Positions 10,488 to 20,226 are shown, counted from the first letter of the stretch. The stretch: DNA of 64,000 nucleotides from Fimbriimonadales bacterium (GCA_051003155.1 JBPCLO010000031.1:96001-160000); one strand, 5' to 3'. A program made the numbers and translations. The notes: generated from the letters alone by a model not told the origin.

Positions 10488-10993
10488 GTAGGCAACCCCG
10501 TGACGGTGACGTTCACATCGCGGTACTGGCCCGCAGGTAACACGAAGTTCTCCGTATGGTTTCCCCCGAGGTTAATGTCCGGATCGGGATAGTTGGTCCG
10601 CTCGAATTTCGGCTCCGTGAACGAAAAAGTGACGTTAAGAGCCACGTCGTTTCGGTTTTCGAACCCTATATCGAATAGAAATGTTCGACCCTCGAACATA
10701 TACGACCTCGCCGATATTTTCCTCGGTAACCACGTCCTTCTCCAACATAGGAAACGAGCCTCCGCCGCCCAGAGCCAGATGAAATAAATGCGGTTTGTAG
10801 CCCGGATGTTACCGAGATAGTCCCTCTGCGAAATATCCGGCGGAATGAGCGCGATCGCGGGTCCGAACGCGAGAAAAGCGATAACCGTGCCGATGGTCGA
10901 ACCTGCGCCCAATCGTGACATTGCTGATCCACGATATGCGAGCAACACTGGGGATGTCAACGATTTACCCCCCCGGGGCAAAATCGCGAACAA
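10484..10993 (-). CDS. Secreted hypothetical protein, probably the 5' part of the same gene
   Basis: Signal-like hydrophobic stretch, beta-rich end; one extra base at about 10490 joins it to 9684-10487. Confidence 0.5.
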   Translation of the reverse strand: MFAILPRGGKSLTSPVLLAYRGSAMSRLGAGSTIGTVIAFLAFGPAIALIPPDISQRDYLGNIRATNRIYFIWLWAAEARFLCWRRTWLPRKISARSYMFEGRTFLFDIGFENRNDVALNVTFSFTEPKFERTNYPDPDINLGGNHTENFVLPAGQYRDVNVTVTGLPT

Positions 10994-11015
10994 ACCAGTA
11001 TAAATACGATAGGTA

Positions 11016-11885
11016 TTACGGGTTATCCTGGTTTCGTCGCCTCATCGCGGCGAATGCGTCTACGGCTTCCATAACCTCGATCGGGATTGCGAGGACGACC
11101 GTGTTCGACGCTGTCGGACCGAGCCCGTCGATCGTTTGCAAGGACCGCAGTTGCATGGCGCCCGGGCTCTTCGACATTGTCTCTGCCGCGGCCGCAAGGT
11201 TCTCAGCAGCCATTCGGTCGCCTTCGGACTTTGTGATGTTCGCCCGCTTCTCCCTCTCGGCGGCCGCCTGACGAGACATGACTTTCTTCAAGTCCTCCGG
11301 CAGGATGATGTCCTGAATCCGAATGCCGTCAACCTCGAGGCCCCAGTGCTCGGTCTCCTGCTCCACCAGCTGCTCGATGTGGTGGCCGATGGACTCGCGC
11401 TCGGTAAGAACCTCGTCGAGAGTCCGCCCGCCGATCACGTCGCGGAGCGCCGTCTGCGCGTACTGGGTTATCGCGAACGCGTAGTCCTGGACGTTGATAA
11501 TCGCCTGGTCGGGCCGCACCACCTGCATGAAGATCACGCCGTCGATCGAGACGGGCACATTGTCCTTGGTGATTGCCTCTTGCCTTGGGATGTCCAGCGT
11601 GATCACGCGCGTATCGACCGATTGAGCCTGATCGAATAACGGCAGAATCGTATAGACCCCAGGGCCGCGGAGGTGCTTGAACCGGCCGAGGCGGAACACC
11701 AGCGCCTTCTCCCACTGCGCCGCGATCTTCACAGCCGAGGCGAGGTACCAGCTGAGGAACGTCCACCCGACGCCGGCGGCAATATTCATCGGCGTGATGT
11801 TGGTAAAGCTGACGTCCCTGCCGAACAGCAAGTAGCCTATGCCCATCAATGCAAAGAAAATGATTGTGGATAGATAGTTGATCAC
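11016..11885 (-). CDS. SPFH/band 7 (slipin/stomatin) protein
   Basis: FRLGR, QEAITKDNV, AQTALRDVIG and QAAAERE; GTG start at 11885 with GGAG RBS. Confidence 0.92.
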   Translation of the reverse strand: MINYLSTIIFFALMGIGYLLFGRDVSFTNITPMNIAAGVGWTFLSWYLASAVKIAAQWEKALVFRLGRFKHLRGPGVYTILPLFDQAQSVDTRVITLDIPRQEAITKDNVPVSIDGVIFMQVVRPDQAIINVQDYAFAITQYAQTALRDVIGGRTLDEVLTERESIGHHIEQLVEQETEHWGLEVDGIRIQDIILPEDLKKVMSRQAAAEREKRANITKSEGDRMAAENLAAAAETMSKSPGAMQLRSLQTIDGLGPTASNTVVLAIPIEVMEAVDAFAAMRRRNQDNP

Positions 11886-12004
11886 GATAATCTCCCCCGA
11901 GCGGCGCGTCGGATAGTAGACCCTCCGGTTCACGCGATTGGGCGTACCGAGAAGCTCCCTCACCAAGTCGCCTGGCTCCAGGTCCATACATTCAGGGTAC
12001 GAGA

Positions 12005-12616
12005 TTGCGCGTCCAAAGGATTCGCCGTGTAGCACCGGCTGTTCACGTCGGCTTCTCTCGAAGCTGCAAACCGGCAGGGACCGCGAACTGCAATACAGAA
12101 ATCGAAAGGCATGACCCTACCACGCCAAACCATCGGGCTCATAGCGAGGTATTGCGAGTGAGCGGAGTGGATCGCGTGACCGTGGGCCGAAGGTATTTGC
12201 TTCGGCACGACATAACGTCGTCGCTCACTCGTGTAGCCGTGTCGCGGCTGGATGACCATGGAAAGGGCCACATGATCGCGGATTTGGATGTGCTCGAACT
12301 TGGCTCATACAAATATGGCCATCCATACACCGAAGTTCGCAAGCTACAAATAAGTCGACGATACGAGGAGCGCCTGGACAACTTCCGCTTTTACCCGCTG
12401 GTCGTGAACGTAAAGTCGCTGGAGCCAGACCTGCCATACGTGGCTCTCGGCGAACTATTTCGCGACGGACCGCTAGACACGGAGCCCCAATATGACCTAG
12501 GATGGGCCGAGGGGCAACTCAGACCCGGATGCTTTGCTACGTTGCGATTTCTTTTCTATCTATGGAAGCAGCATCGAAAGCAAAAAACAGATAAGTCGCA
12601 CAAGAACTCGAACTGA
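12005..12616 (+). CDS. Hypothetical protein (start uncertain)
   Basis: Only long ORF in the gap; no recognisable motif. Confidence 0.35.
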   Translation: MRVQRIRRVAPAVHVGFSRSCKPAGTANCNTEIERHDPTTPNHRAHSEVLRVSGVDRVTVGRRYLLRHDITSSLTRVAVSRLDDHGKGHMIADLDVLELGSYKYGHPYTEVRKLQISRRYEERLDNFRFYPLVVNVKSLEPDLPYVALGELFRDGPLDTEPQYDLGWAEGQLRPGCFATLRFLFYLWKQHRKQKTDKSHKNSN

Positions 12617-12704
12617 CCGGCCATCCTGAGACGCCTGCGAGTATCTAATCGTCTTCAAGAACCATCCCGTCGATCGACTTCGATCCTCCACCATTTGACT
12701 GCCG

Positions 12705-13439
12705 TTACTTGGGCACTCGGCCAACGACGTGAACGCGGTCGCTCCTGCCCCGAGGCGGGTCGAGCGAGAACGCGTCGTAGCAGCGAACGTTCACAAAGCC
12801 CGCGGCGGACATCCAACCTGTCAACTCGTCGATAGAATGCGCCCTTTGGATGTGCACCTCCTCGAAGGCCCGCTCCCCTACCCAGAAATTCATTCTGACG
12901 GTGCAGATTTTCGCGCTATTATCCCACTCGCCTTTCCAAGAATAGCGAACTTTAGTCTGCGGCCGCACATCCTCCTGGTCGAACATTCCTTGCTCGAACG
13001 CGTACGGTGTATTAACGTCGAAGGCGAATAATCCACCGGCTCTCAAATGTACAGCCGTCTTTCTTATGGCCGACGCGCACCGGGCAGGATCAGAAACATA
13101 ATTCAAGCTGTCGAAAAAGCTAAAGGCCGCGTCGAATTCTTTATCCAATTTCATTTCGGCGGCATCCTGGCAATAGAGTCGAATATCCAGGCCCTTTTTC
13201 TTGGCGAGTTTCCTTCCTGCATCGATCATGCTCTGAGAAATATCGACCCCGGTGGGCTCATAATTCTCCAGCGCAAGCAACCGGCACAACTTCCCGGTAC
13301 CGCAGCAGACCTCCAGCACCTCCTTCGGCTTCACGTCGAAATTCGCCCACAGCAGCTTCAAATAGCCCACCCACATGGTGTAGGGCACACCGACCATTAG
13401 GTCTTCGTAGTGCGGGGAGATTTCGGTGAAACTAGACAA
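12705..13439 (-). CDS. Class I SAM-dependent methyltransferase
   Basis: VLEVCCGTG, GVDIS and FDSLNY motifs; overlaps the nadA stop. Confidence 0.9.
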   Translation of the reverse strand: MSSFTEISPHYEDLMVGVPYTMWVGYLKLLWANFDVKPKEVLEVCCGTGKLCRLLALENYEPTGVDISQSMIDAGRKLAKKKGLDIRLYCQDAAEMKLDKEFDAAFSFFDSLNYVSDPARCASAIRKTAVHLRAGGLFAFDVNTPYAFEQGMFDQEDVRPQTKVRYSWKGEWDNSAKICTVRMNFWVGERAFEEVHIQRAHSIDELTGWMSAAGFVNVRCYDAFSLDPPRGRSDRVHVVGRVPK

Positions 13440-14547
13440 TCGTCAGCATCCGGTCCAATGCCAGCTTAGCGAAGTGCTTCACTTTCGGCGGCACTTCGAT
13501 CACATTAACGGGCGTTCCCGCGACCAAATTCTCGAGCGCCCAGCATAAAAAGCTCGGGTGGATCCGATACATCGTGGCGCAAGGGCATATCATCGGATCT
13601 AGGCAAAATATCGTTTTATCCGGATATTCCTTCGCCAAACGGCTCACGAGATTTATTTCCGTTCCCACGGCCCAAGTCGTCCCTGCCGGCGCAGCTTCCA
13701 CAGTTTTGATAATAAACTCGGTCGATCCATTATAGTCGCTAAGACGGACGACCTCGATCGGGCACTCAGGATGGACAATAACATTTACATCGGGGTGAAT
13801 TTTGCGCGCCTCCAATACTTGCTCGACCGTAAAACGACCGTGCACCGAGCAATGGCCCTTCCAAAGGATAAACGTCGCTCGCCGAGTGTCGTCCTCGGAA
13901 TTCCCGCCGAGCGGCAGGTGCGGATCCCACATGATCATCTCCTTATCAGGGTCGTAGCCAAGCTTCGCGCCTGTGTTCCTTCCCAAGTGTTGGTCCGGGA
14001 AGAAGAGCACCTTCTCGCCGCGTTGAAGCGCCCACTCCACCGCCTTGGGAGCATTAGTGCTGGTACATACCGTGCCGCCTCGCTCACCGACGAACGCCTT
14101 CAAGTTCGCTGCGGAGTTGATATAGGTTATGGGCACCACCTGTGCCTTCCCTTCTTCGAACGGTGTCAAATTCCCAAGCACTTTCTCCAGGTCGCGCCAG
14201 CAGTTTCGCACCTGGAATAGGTTCGCCATATCCGCCATGCTGCATCCGGCCGCCAGGTTCGGCAAGATGACCTTCTGGTGATCGGGCGTCAAGATATCGG
14301 CACTCTCCGCCATGAAGTGCACGCCGCAAAACACAATGAACTCCGCTTCCGGGTGGCGGTTCGCATCCTTGGCAAGCTTGAAGCTATCGCCTCGGTAGTC
14401 GGCGTGCTCGATGATCTCGTCGCGCTGATAGTGGTGGCCGAGGATCACCAGCCGCGAGCCGAGGGCCTGTTTGGCGGCAAGAATCCGTTCCCGCACTTCG
14501 ACGGGCGATAAAGATTGATACTCCTGCGGCAGAGGAGTTTGAAACAT
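13432..14547 (-). CDS. nadA: Quinolinate synthase A
   Basis: LGHHYQ, FCGVHFMAE, AGCSMA, YINS, GHCSVH, VHPEC and CATM. Confidence 0.97.
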   Translation of the reverse strand: MFQTPLPQEYQSLSPVEVRERILAAKQALGSRLVILGHHYQRDEIIEHADYRGDSFKLAKDANRHPEAEFIVFCGVHFMAESADILTPDHQKVILPNLAAGCSMADMANLFQVRNCWRDLEKVLGNLTPFEEGKAQVVPITYINSAANLKAFVGERGGTVCTSTNAPKAVEWALQRGEKVLFFPDQHLGRNTGAKLGYDPDKEMIMWDPHLPLGGNSEDDTRRATFILWKGHCSVHGRFTVEQVLEARKIHPDVNVIVHPECPIEVVRLSDYNGSTEFIIKTVEAAPAGTTWAVGTEINLVSRLAKEYPDKTIFCLDPMICPCATMYRIHPSFLCWALENLVAGTPVNVIEVPPKVKHFAKLALDRMLTIV

Positions 14548-14558
14548 TTCTGCTCCTT

Positions 14559-14602
14559 CGAGGCAGTACAGTCCTTTCGGACGGGGATGTTGTCCAGCCT
14601 CG
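14559..14602 (-). ncRNA. Candidate compact nadA-motif (NAD+-I-like) riboswitch aptamer
   Basis: CGAGGC-UGG-ACA-[ACAUCCCC]-GUCC-GAAA-GGAC-UGU-ACU-GCCUCG directly before SD AAGGAG of nadA; -10 TAATAT at 14608-14613. Confidence 0.6.
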
Positions 14603-14664
14603 TTGCTATATTAGCATAGACAACCTGGGTTCGCCGCGAGTTCCTGGGTCTGCAAGAGGTTACG

Positions 14665-14965
14665 CTAAGGCTCGGCCGCGAACTCGCCCTCAGGAGTCGC
14701 CGGGACGAGGTCGACTACTTCAATGGATTCGCAAAGGAAGTCGGTGTACATACCATAAGAGCTATGGATAACCACCGTAGCGATTCCCTTGTTCATCAAG
14801 CCCAACAACCCGCCAGCAGTGGAAAACGAGTTCCATCATTGGTCCCTCGTCGCCGCGACGATCTAGGAGCACCGTGACGATCTCGAAGTCATGAAAGGTT
14901 GGCCAAGCCCCGTAGACCGTAATAAGCTTGTCCGAGCCCTTGATCGCACCGGGATCGACGGCCAC
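14665..14965 (-). pseudogene. Degraded Imm50-like immunity protein
   Basis: YGAWPTFHDFEI N-terminus; C-terminal VIHSSYGMYTDFLCESIE lies in another frame. Confidence 0.6.
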
Positions 14966-14971
14966 CGCGCG

Positions 14972-15937
14972 CTATTCCGTAGCGCCCATCTTCCGGTACT
15001 TCGCGTACCGCTCGCTCCGAAGCTGCCCCGGGGTCTGCGCAGCCAGCTCGTCCAAATGAGTGACCAGGGCGTTGCCCACGTTCTCGAAAGTCGCCTGCGG
15101 ATTCCGGTGCGCACCCCCCACACCTTCGGAGACGATTGCGTCGATCAGGCCGAACTCAAGCGCATGCTGCGCGGTCAGCTTCAGCGCCGACGCCGCCCGG
15201 TCGTTCGCGCTCGGGTCGCGCCATAGAATCGCCGCGCACCCTTCCGGCGGAATCACCGAATACACCGCATTCTCGAGCATCAAAACGCGGCTGCTCGCGC
15301 CGATGCCGATCGCTCCCCCGCTACCACCTTCACCGACCACCATGGAAATCGTCGGCACGCCGAGCGAAAACATCTTGAACATCCCCGCCGCGATCGCTTC
15401 GCTGATGCCTCGCGACTCGCTCTCCACGCCGGGGTCCGCGGCGGGCGTGTCGATGAAGCTGACCATCGGCAATCCGAACCGATCCGCCATGTCAAATAAA
15501 CGAATGGCTTTGCGGTAGCCCTCGGGCTTCGCCATCCCGAAATTGCGAAACTGCCTACCCTTCAGGTCGCGCGCCTTCTGGTGGCCCACGATCACGCAGC
15601 TGTGCGAGCCGATCTTGCCCAGACCACCGATGATTGCCTTGTCGTCGGCATGGCGCCGATCACCATGAAGCTCCACCCAGTCCGCGACGATCGTGCCCAC
15701 GTAGTCCAAGGCATACGGCCTATTCTCCGCTCGCGAAAGCAGTACTCGTTCCCAAGGACCCAGGCGGCTGTACTTCACTCTAATATAGTTATCCCGGCTC
15801 CGCTCCAGGTTTTGAATCTGGTGCTCTATTGCCTCGGCCCGCGCCGGGGATTCCTTTCCCTGAAGCGCCCTCAGCTTGACGATACCTTCCTCGAGTTCCA
15901 GCAGGGGCCGCTCCCATTCGCGCCACGTCTTCGCCAT
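14972..15937 (-). CDS. accA: Acetyl-CoA carboxylase carboxyltransferase alpha subunit
   Basis: ELHGDR, RNFGMAKPEGYRKA, GEGGSGGA and YSVIPPEGCAAILW; ATG at 15937. Confidence 0.96.
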   Translation of the reverse strand: MAKTWREWERPLLELEEGIVKLRALQGKESPARAEAIEHQIQNLERSRDNYIRVKYSRLGPWERVLLSRAENRPYALDYVGTIVADWVELHGDRRHADDKAIIGGLGKIGSHSCVIVGHQKARDLKGRQFRNFGMAKPEGYRKAIRLFDMADRFGLPMVSFIDTPAADPGVESESRGISEAIAAGMFKMFSLGVPTISMVVGEGGSGGAIGIGASSRVLMLENAVYSVIPPEGCAAILWRDPSANDRAASALKLTAQHALEFGLIDAIVSEGVGGAHRNPQATFENVGNALVTHLDELAAQTPGQLRSERYAKYRKMGATE

Positions 15938-16737
15938 CAGCCTCCGTTCCCTAGGTGGCGGATGAGCGTCGCCAAGATGACACGCATGTCCCGTCGCCGA
16001 ACTAGCTTGTCGACCATGCCGTGCTCCAAGTTGAACTCGCTCGTTTGGAAATTGTCCGGGGGCTTTTTGCCCGAGGAAGCCTGAGCCGCAACCCGCGCAC
16101 CGGCGAAGCCCACGAGGGCGCCTGGCTCGGCAAGAATAACGTCGGCGAGGCTCGCGTAGCTGGCGAGAACACCTGCCATGGTGGGGTCGGTAAACACGCA
16201 TATAAACGGCGCGACCTTCGACAGCTTTTCGCACGCCGCCGCCGTCTTCGCCATTTGCATTAGACTATAGAGACCCTCCTGCATCCGCGCACCGCCGCTC
16301 GCGGTGAAGATGACCGCTGGGATTTTCTCTTCGGCGGCGAGTTCGAGTGTGCGGGTGACTTTCTCACCCGCCAGAGATCCCATGCTGCCTCCCATGAAGG
16401 CGAAATCCGAAACGGCCGTCGAGACCGCCATGCCCTCGATTTTCGCAATGCCCCGCACGATGGAGTCGCTCCTACCGGTCTTGGCCGATGCGAAGGCAAG
16501 CTTCTGTTGATACTCGGGAAACTCGAGCGGATCGGCAGATTGCAGCTCAGCGTCGAGCTCCTCGAAGGAGCCTGGATCGAACGTTATCCGAATCCGGTCG
16601 TCGGCCGATAGCCGAAAATGGTGTTCGCAGTTGGGGCAAACGCGGTCGTTGCCATCGAGCTCCTTGGTAAGAAGCACCTTCCGGCACTTGTCGCACCGAA
16701 GGAACGCATCTGGTTGTACTCGGGTCCTGCTGCGCAA
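15937..16737 (-). CDS. accD: Acetyl-CoA carboxylase carboxyltransferase beta subunit
   Basis: CDKC/CPNC zinc finger, FMGGSMG and SGGARMQEG; TTG at 16737 lies 7 nt after TAAACT. Confidence 0.95.
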   Translation of the reverse strand: MRSRTRVQPDAFLRCDKCRKVLLTKELDGNDRVCPNCEHHFRLSADDRIRITFDPGSFEELDAELQSADPLEFPEYQQKLAFASAKTGRSDSIVRGIAKIEGMAVSTAVSDFAFMGGSMGSLAGEKVTRTLELAAEEKIPAVIFTASGGARMQEGLYSLMQMAKTAAACEKLSKVAPFICVFTDPTMAGVLASYASLADVILAEPGALVGFAGARVAAQASSGKKPPDNFQTSEFNLEHGMVDKLVRRRDMRVILATLIRHLGNGG

Positions 16738-16801
16738 GGGCTGTAGTTTACTCGGAAAGGCGGTTGGCTTCGCCTCCCTGTGATGGGGCATCATGAAAGG
16801 C

Positions 16802-17653
16802 ATGCGCATCCATGCTAACGGGACCCAGCTCTGGTTCGACGTCGACGGGCCTGCGCTCGTACCCGCCGGCGCATCGACGCGCGAGCGGCCAATCGTAATC
16901 CTGGTGCATGGAGGGCCAGGAAGCTACGACCACTCGTATTTTAAGCCGCATTTCAGAAGGCTTGCCGAGATCGCGCAGGTGATCTACCTCGACCTACGCG
17001 GACATGGCCGCTCTGCCCGGCACGATCCGGCCACATGGACTTTCGAGGCATGCGCAGACGATATCCGCGCGCTTTGCGATGAGCTGGACATCCGCGGGCC
17101 GATCGTATATGGCCATTCCATGGGCGGCATGATCGCGATGCTTTACGCCGCGCGACATACCGGGCACGCCGCACGACTGATCCTCGACTCCACAGCCGCG
17201 CGGTTCGATCTTGTTCGCTTGGTCGAAGGCTTTCGCCGCATTGCTGGGGATCGGGTGGCGAAGCTGGCCGAACGAGACTATCGCGGTGATCCGGTCAGCG
17301 ACGAAGAGCGGAAGACGGTATTTGCCGCCTTCGGTCCGCATGTGCCGACGGCCGAAGAACTCGCCCGTCGCATTCAAAACCCTGAGCTGGCAACTGTAGG
17401 CATGGAGCGCCTGCGTGCGTTCGACGCACTCACGCAACTGAATCGCGTTTCGAGTCCCACCTTGATATGTCTCGGCGGGGCCGAGCCCGTGTTCTCGGTT
17501 CAAGACGCCAAGGAGATTCTAGAGGCGCTGCCGCCAGGCGTGGGGCGCCTCGAGGTGATCCAGGGCGCCGGCCACTTCCCCTGGTTGGACGCCGGCGATC
17601 GGTATTGGTCGATGATCAATGACTTCGTGGCAGCACCATCCAACGGGGATTAG
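16802..17653 (+). CDS. Alpha/beta hydrolase (proline iminopeptidase-like)
   Basis: HGGPG, DLRGHG, GHSMGG and GAGHF. Confidence 0.88.
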   Translation: MRIHANGTQLWFDVDGPALVPAGASTRERPIVILVHGGPGSYDHSYFKPHFRRLAEIAQVIYLDLRGHGRSARHDPATWTFEACADDIRALCDELDIRGPIVYGHSMGGMIAMLYAARHTGHAARLILDSTAARFDLVRLVEGFRRIAGDRVAKLAERDYRGDPVSDEERKTVFAAFGPHVPTAEELARRIQNPELATVGMERLRAFDALTQLNRVSSPTLICLGGAEPVFSVQDAKEILEALPPGVGRLEVIQGAGHFPWLDAGDRYWSMINDFVAAPSNGD

Positions 17654-18991
17654 CTAGTCCGGCGGCTCCGGAACCACCGTAAGGATGGTCTCTTCCCCAT
17701 CTCGCAGCACTGTCACCTGAACGGGTTTCCCGGGCTCGGCGGTTTCGAAAATGTACTGTATGTCCTCGATCGAGCCGATCTTTCTGTCTCCCCACTTGAC
17801 AATCCTGTCGCCCCCTTTCAAACCGCCATTTTCAGCGGGCGATCCCTCGCCGACACCGGAAAGTAGCAGCCCCGGCCCTTCGTCCGCGTAATCCGGGATG
17901 AGCCCCACGCGAACGCGCCGCGCGCCGCCGGGAGCGGGAGGAGCAGGCGGTTCGGGCGCATTTTCCACCCAGTCGGCCACGAAGATATTCGTTTCGCCGC
18001 GAACCTTGCCGCTGCGGTTGCTGGCCCACACCAAGCGCTTCCCGTCGCGCGTAAACATCGGGAACCCGTCGAACTCCGGTGTGAACGTGATCCGCTTCAA
18101 CCCCGTACCGTCCACGTCGATCACGTAAAGGTCGAATTCCCTGCCCTTCGGGTCGCGGACGTTCGAACTGAAGATAATCTGCTTGTTGTTGGGATGCAGG
18201 AAAGGCGCGAAGGAGGCCGCGCCGAGTTTCGTAACCTGGCGCTGGTTCTTGCCCTCCGCGTCCATGATCCAAATCTCGAGCTTGGAGGGGCGCACCAGGT
18301 TTTCTTTCAGGAGCGTCCGGTAATCCTCTCGCTCCTTCTCGCTCTCGATCAGGTCTCTGCGAAACACGATTCGACGCGAATCCCAACTCACGAAAGGTCC
18401 CCCGTCGTATCCCTCGTTATTGGTCAGCCGCTCGACTTTCCGGCCGAGAAGGTCCGACCGGTAGATCTCCAGATCACCGTCGCGGGTGCTCGTGAACGTC
18501 ATGAACGTGCCGTTGGGCGCGACCGTGGTCTCCGCGTAGTAGTGCTTCCCGTTGCCAAGCAGCTTCCGCCGTTTAGAACCGTTCTCCTCGCCGCGAAAGA
18601 TCGCAAACAGGCGGTTCACCTGCCAGACGTAGCCCTTGCTCATGTCAGGTTTTGGCGCCGCGCCCGGTTCTTTCCAGTCGGTGGAGCTATAGACAACCTC
18701 GCCGTTCGGCAGGAAGTAGCCGCATGTGCACCTCCCTTTGCCGCCCGAGACCAGCTTCTTGCCCGAGCCGTCCGCGTTCATCACCATAATCTGCTCGTCG
18801 GGCCATTCGGGCTGGGTGGTTTGGTAGATGATCTTCGTGCCGTCGGCGTTCCAGTAGGCCTCGGCATTCTGCCCGCCGAAGGTGAGCTGGCGGACGTTGA
18901 CGAGGTGCCGCTCGGCGGCGTGCCTCAGGAGGGCGTCATTCGCCGCGCCGACGGGGTCTTGGAGCGCAGAAACAATAAGGAGGGCGATCAT
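17654..18991 (-). CDS. TolB-like PD40 beta-propeller protein with C-terminal PDZ domain
   Basis: QLTFGGQNAEAY, YDGGPF and FDGFPMF repeats; GSPAENGGLKGGD PDZ motif. Confidence 0.88.
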   Translation of the reverse strand: MIALLIVSALQDPVGAANDALLRHAAERHLVNVRQLTFGGQNAEAYWNADGTKIIYQTTQPEWPDEQIMVMNADGSGKKLVSGGKGRCTCGYFLPNGEVVYSSTDWKEPGAAPKPDMSKGYVWQVNRLFAIFRGEENGSKRRKLLGNGKHYYAETTVAPNGTFMTFTSTRDGDLEIYRSDLLGRKVERLTNNEGYDGGPFVSWDSRRIVFRRDLIESEKEREDYRTLLKENLVRPSKLEIWIMDAEGKNQRQVTKLGAASFAPFLHPNNKQIIFSSNVRDPKGREFDLYVIDVDGTGLKRITFTPEFDGFPMFTRDGKRLVWASNRSGKVRGETNIFVADWVENAPEPPAPPAPGGARRVRVGLIPDYADEGPGLLLSGVGEGSPAENGGLKGGDRIVKWGDRKIGSIEDIQYIFETAEPGKPVQVTVLRDGEETILTVVPEPPD

Positions 18992-19079
18992 GCTATGCGC
19001 ATAGATTACCTTCCCTGGTTGATGCGTCCGGCTCCCCCTCTCCGCGAATGATTGTATCGCGGCGAGGGGGCTGGGTGCG

Positions 19080-19517
19080 GAACAATGGCCGGCCGATAGA
19101 CGCATGACTTCAAGGTGCTTTTTAAGGAGCATAGCGGGCATCGGTGATCGCACCGCACCGGTTTCCTAGCCGGAGGCCGGGGTCATCCACATTTGCGAGG
19201 ACGCCGAAAGCCTCACCGCTTCGGTCGGGCTGAATCCGCTGATTCGTCGCTCGGGCGCCTCGATTTATGGCCAACCTCGCATCTCCAAAATGGGCAACAA
19301 GCACGCAAGATGCCGCTTCTCCATGCCGGCGCTCGTTGCTACCAGGCACAACCCGGTCATCGAGGCGTTCTAAGAAATGCTGCTGGCTGAAGGCAAGCAC
19401 AAGTAAAGCGCGCTACTGGCCCCTTGCCGAAAACTCGTAATGCTGGCTTACTGCGTGCTACGCTCCGGAAACCCTTCAAATTCCGTGCGGAGCTCTTGAC
19501 AACGTGAGACAGCATCT
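19080..19517 (+). mobile_element. IS110-family remnant (transposase C-terminal domain pseudogene plus right end)
   Basis: LRSIAGIG..GLNPLIRRSGAS..ISKMGN..PALVATRHNP with stops and a frameshift; ends TTGACA..ACAGCATCT. Confidence 0.8.
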
Positions 19518-19632
19518 GCCACCCCAAAGTTTGTGGAAATTGAGGTCACGCCCACGCAGCCGCTGTTCGTCCACGCAAAGGCGCGCTAAACTTGGGTCAA
19601 ACGACGATTCGCGCGCGATCGGCTCGCCGTCG

Positions 19633-20226
19633 TTAGTTGTCTTTGCGGCCGAATAGGCCGCCGGCGAAGCGCTGCAAGTCGTCCAAGACGCTGCCGTCGC
19701 TGTTCCGATCCAGAATCTTGGTGATCGAGCCCATGAGGCCAGGTTGAGCGGCTTCCGCCTCTTTGGTCTGCCCACCGAGGAGGCCCGACAATCCGCCGGC
19801 GTCCATCCCGCTGCCACGGAGCTTTTTGCCGATCAGGCCCATCACGATGGGGGCGAGAATCTGCAAGAGCAGCGCGGTGGCGTTCGGGTTCAGGCCGGTT
19901 CCCTTGGACAGATCGCCTTCAACCGGCTCGCGGTTCGCGCCAAAGATGTGGCCGAGAATCTCCGCTCCGTCGAAGGCCTGTGGATTGGCGTAAACCGCGT
20001 CCAAGTTTCCGAGCACGCTGCCGTCGTGGTCCTCTTCCAGGGCCGTATAGAGCGACTGGGCACCCTCGGGTTCGGCGGCGTTGCGCGAGAGGGCGGTCAG
20101 CAGCAACGGGATGCTGGCGGCAGTGGCTTTCTCGACGGTTTCCTTGTCTGCGCCGAGCGTCCGGCTAAGCTGCTCGATGCCCTGCGGGCCAAGTTGTTCT
20201 TTGACTTCCGATAGTAATGTGGTCAT
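19633..20226 (-). CDS. DUF937 family protein
   Basis: HDGSVL, GAEILGHIFG and ILDRNSDGSVLDDL. Confidence 0.85.
   Translation of the reverse strand: MTTLLSEVKEQLGPQGIEQLSRTLGADKETVEKATAASIPLLLTALSRNAAEPEGAQSLYTALEEDHDGSVLGNLDAVYANPQAFDGAEILGHIFGANREPVEGDLSKGTGLNPNATALLLQILAPIVMGLIGKKLRGSGMDAGGLSGLLGGQTKEAEAAQPGLMGSITKILDRNSDGSVLDDLQRFAGGLFGRKDN

Noticed and set aside
14602..14624. Palindrome TGCTA-TAT-TAGCA upstream of nadA as an NrtR/NiaR operator
   Set aside because: Short, overlaps the -10 box and does not match a consensus I can support; no regulator nearby
19050..19060. TTGTAT as the IS110 left end
   Set aside because: No CT core or bridge-RNA-sized region; equally explained as TACAAT -10 of the TolB-like gene
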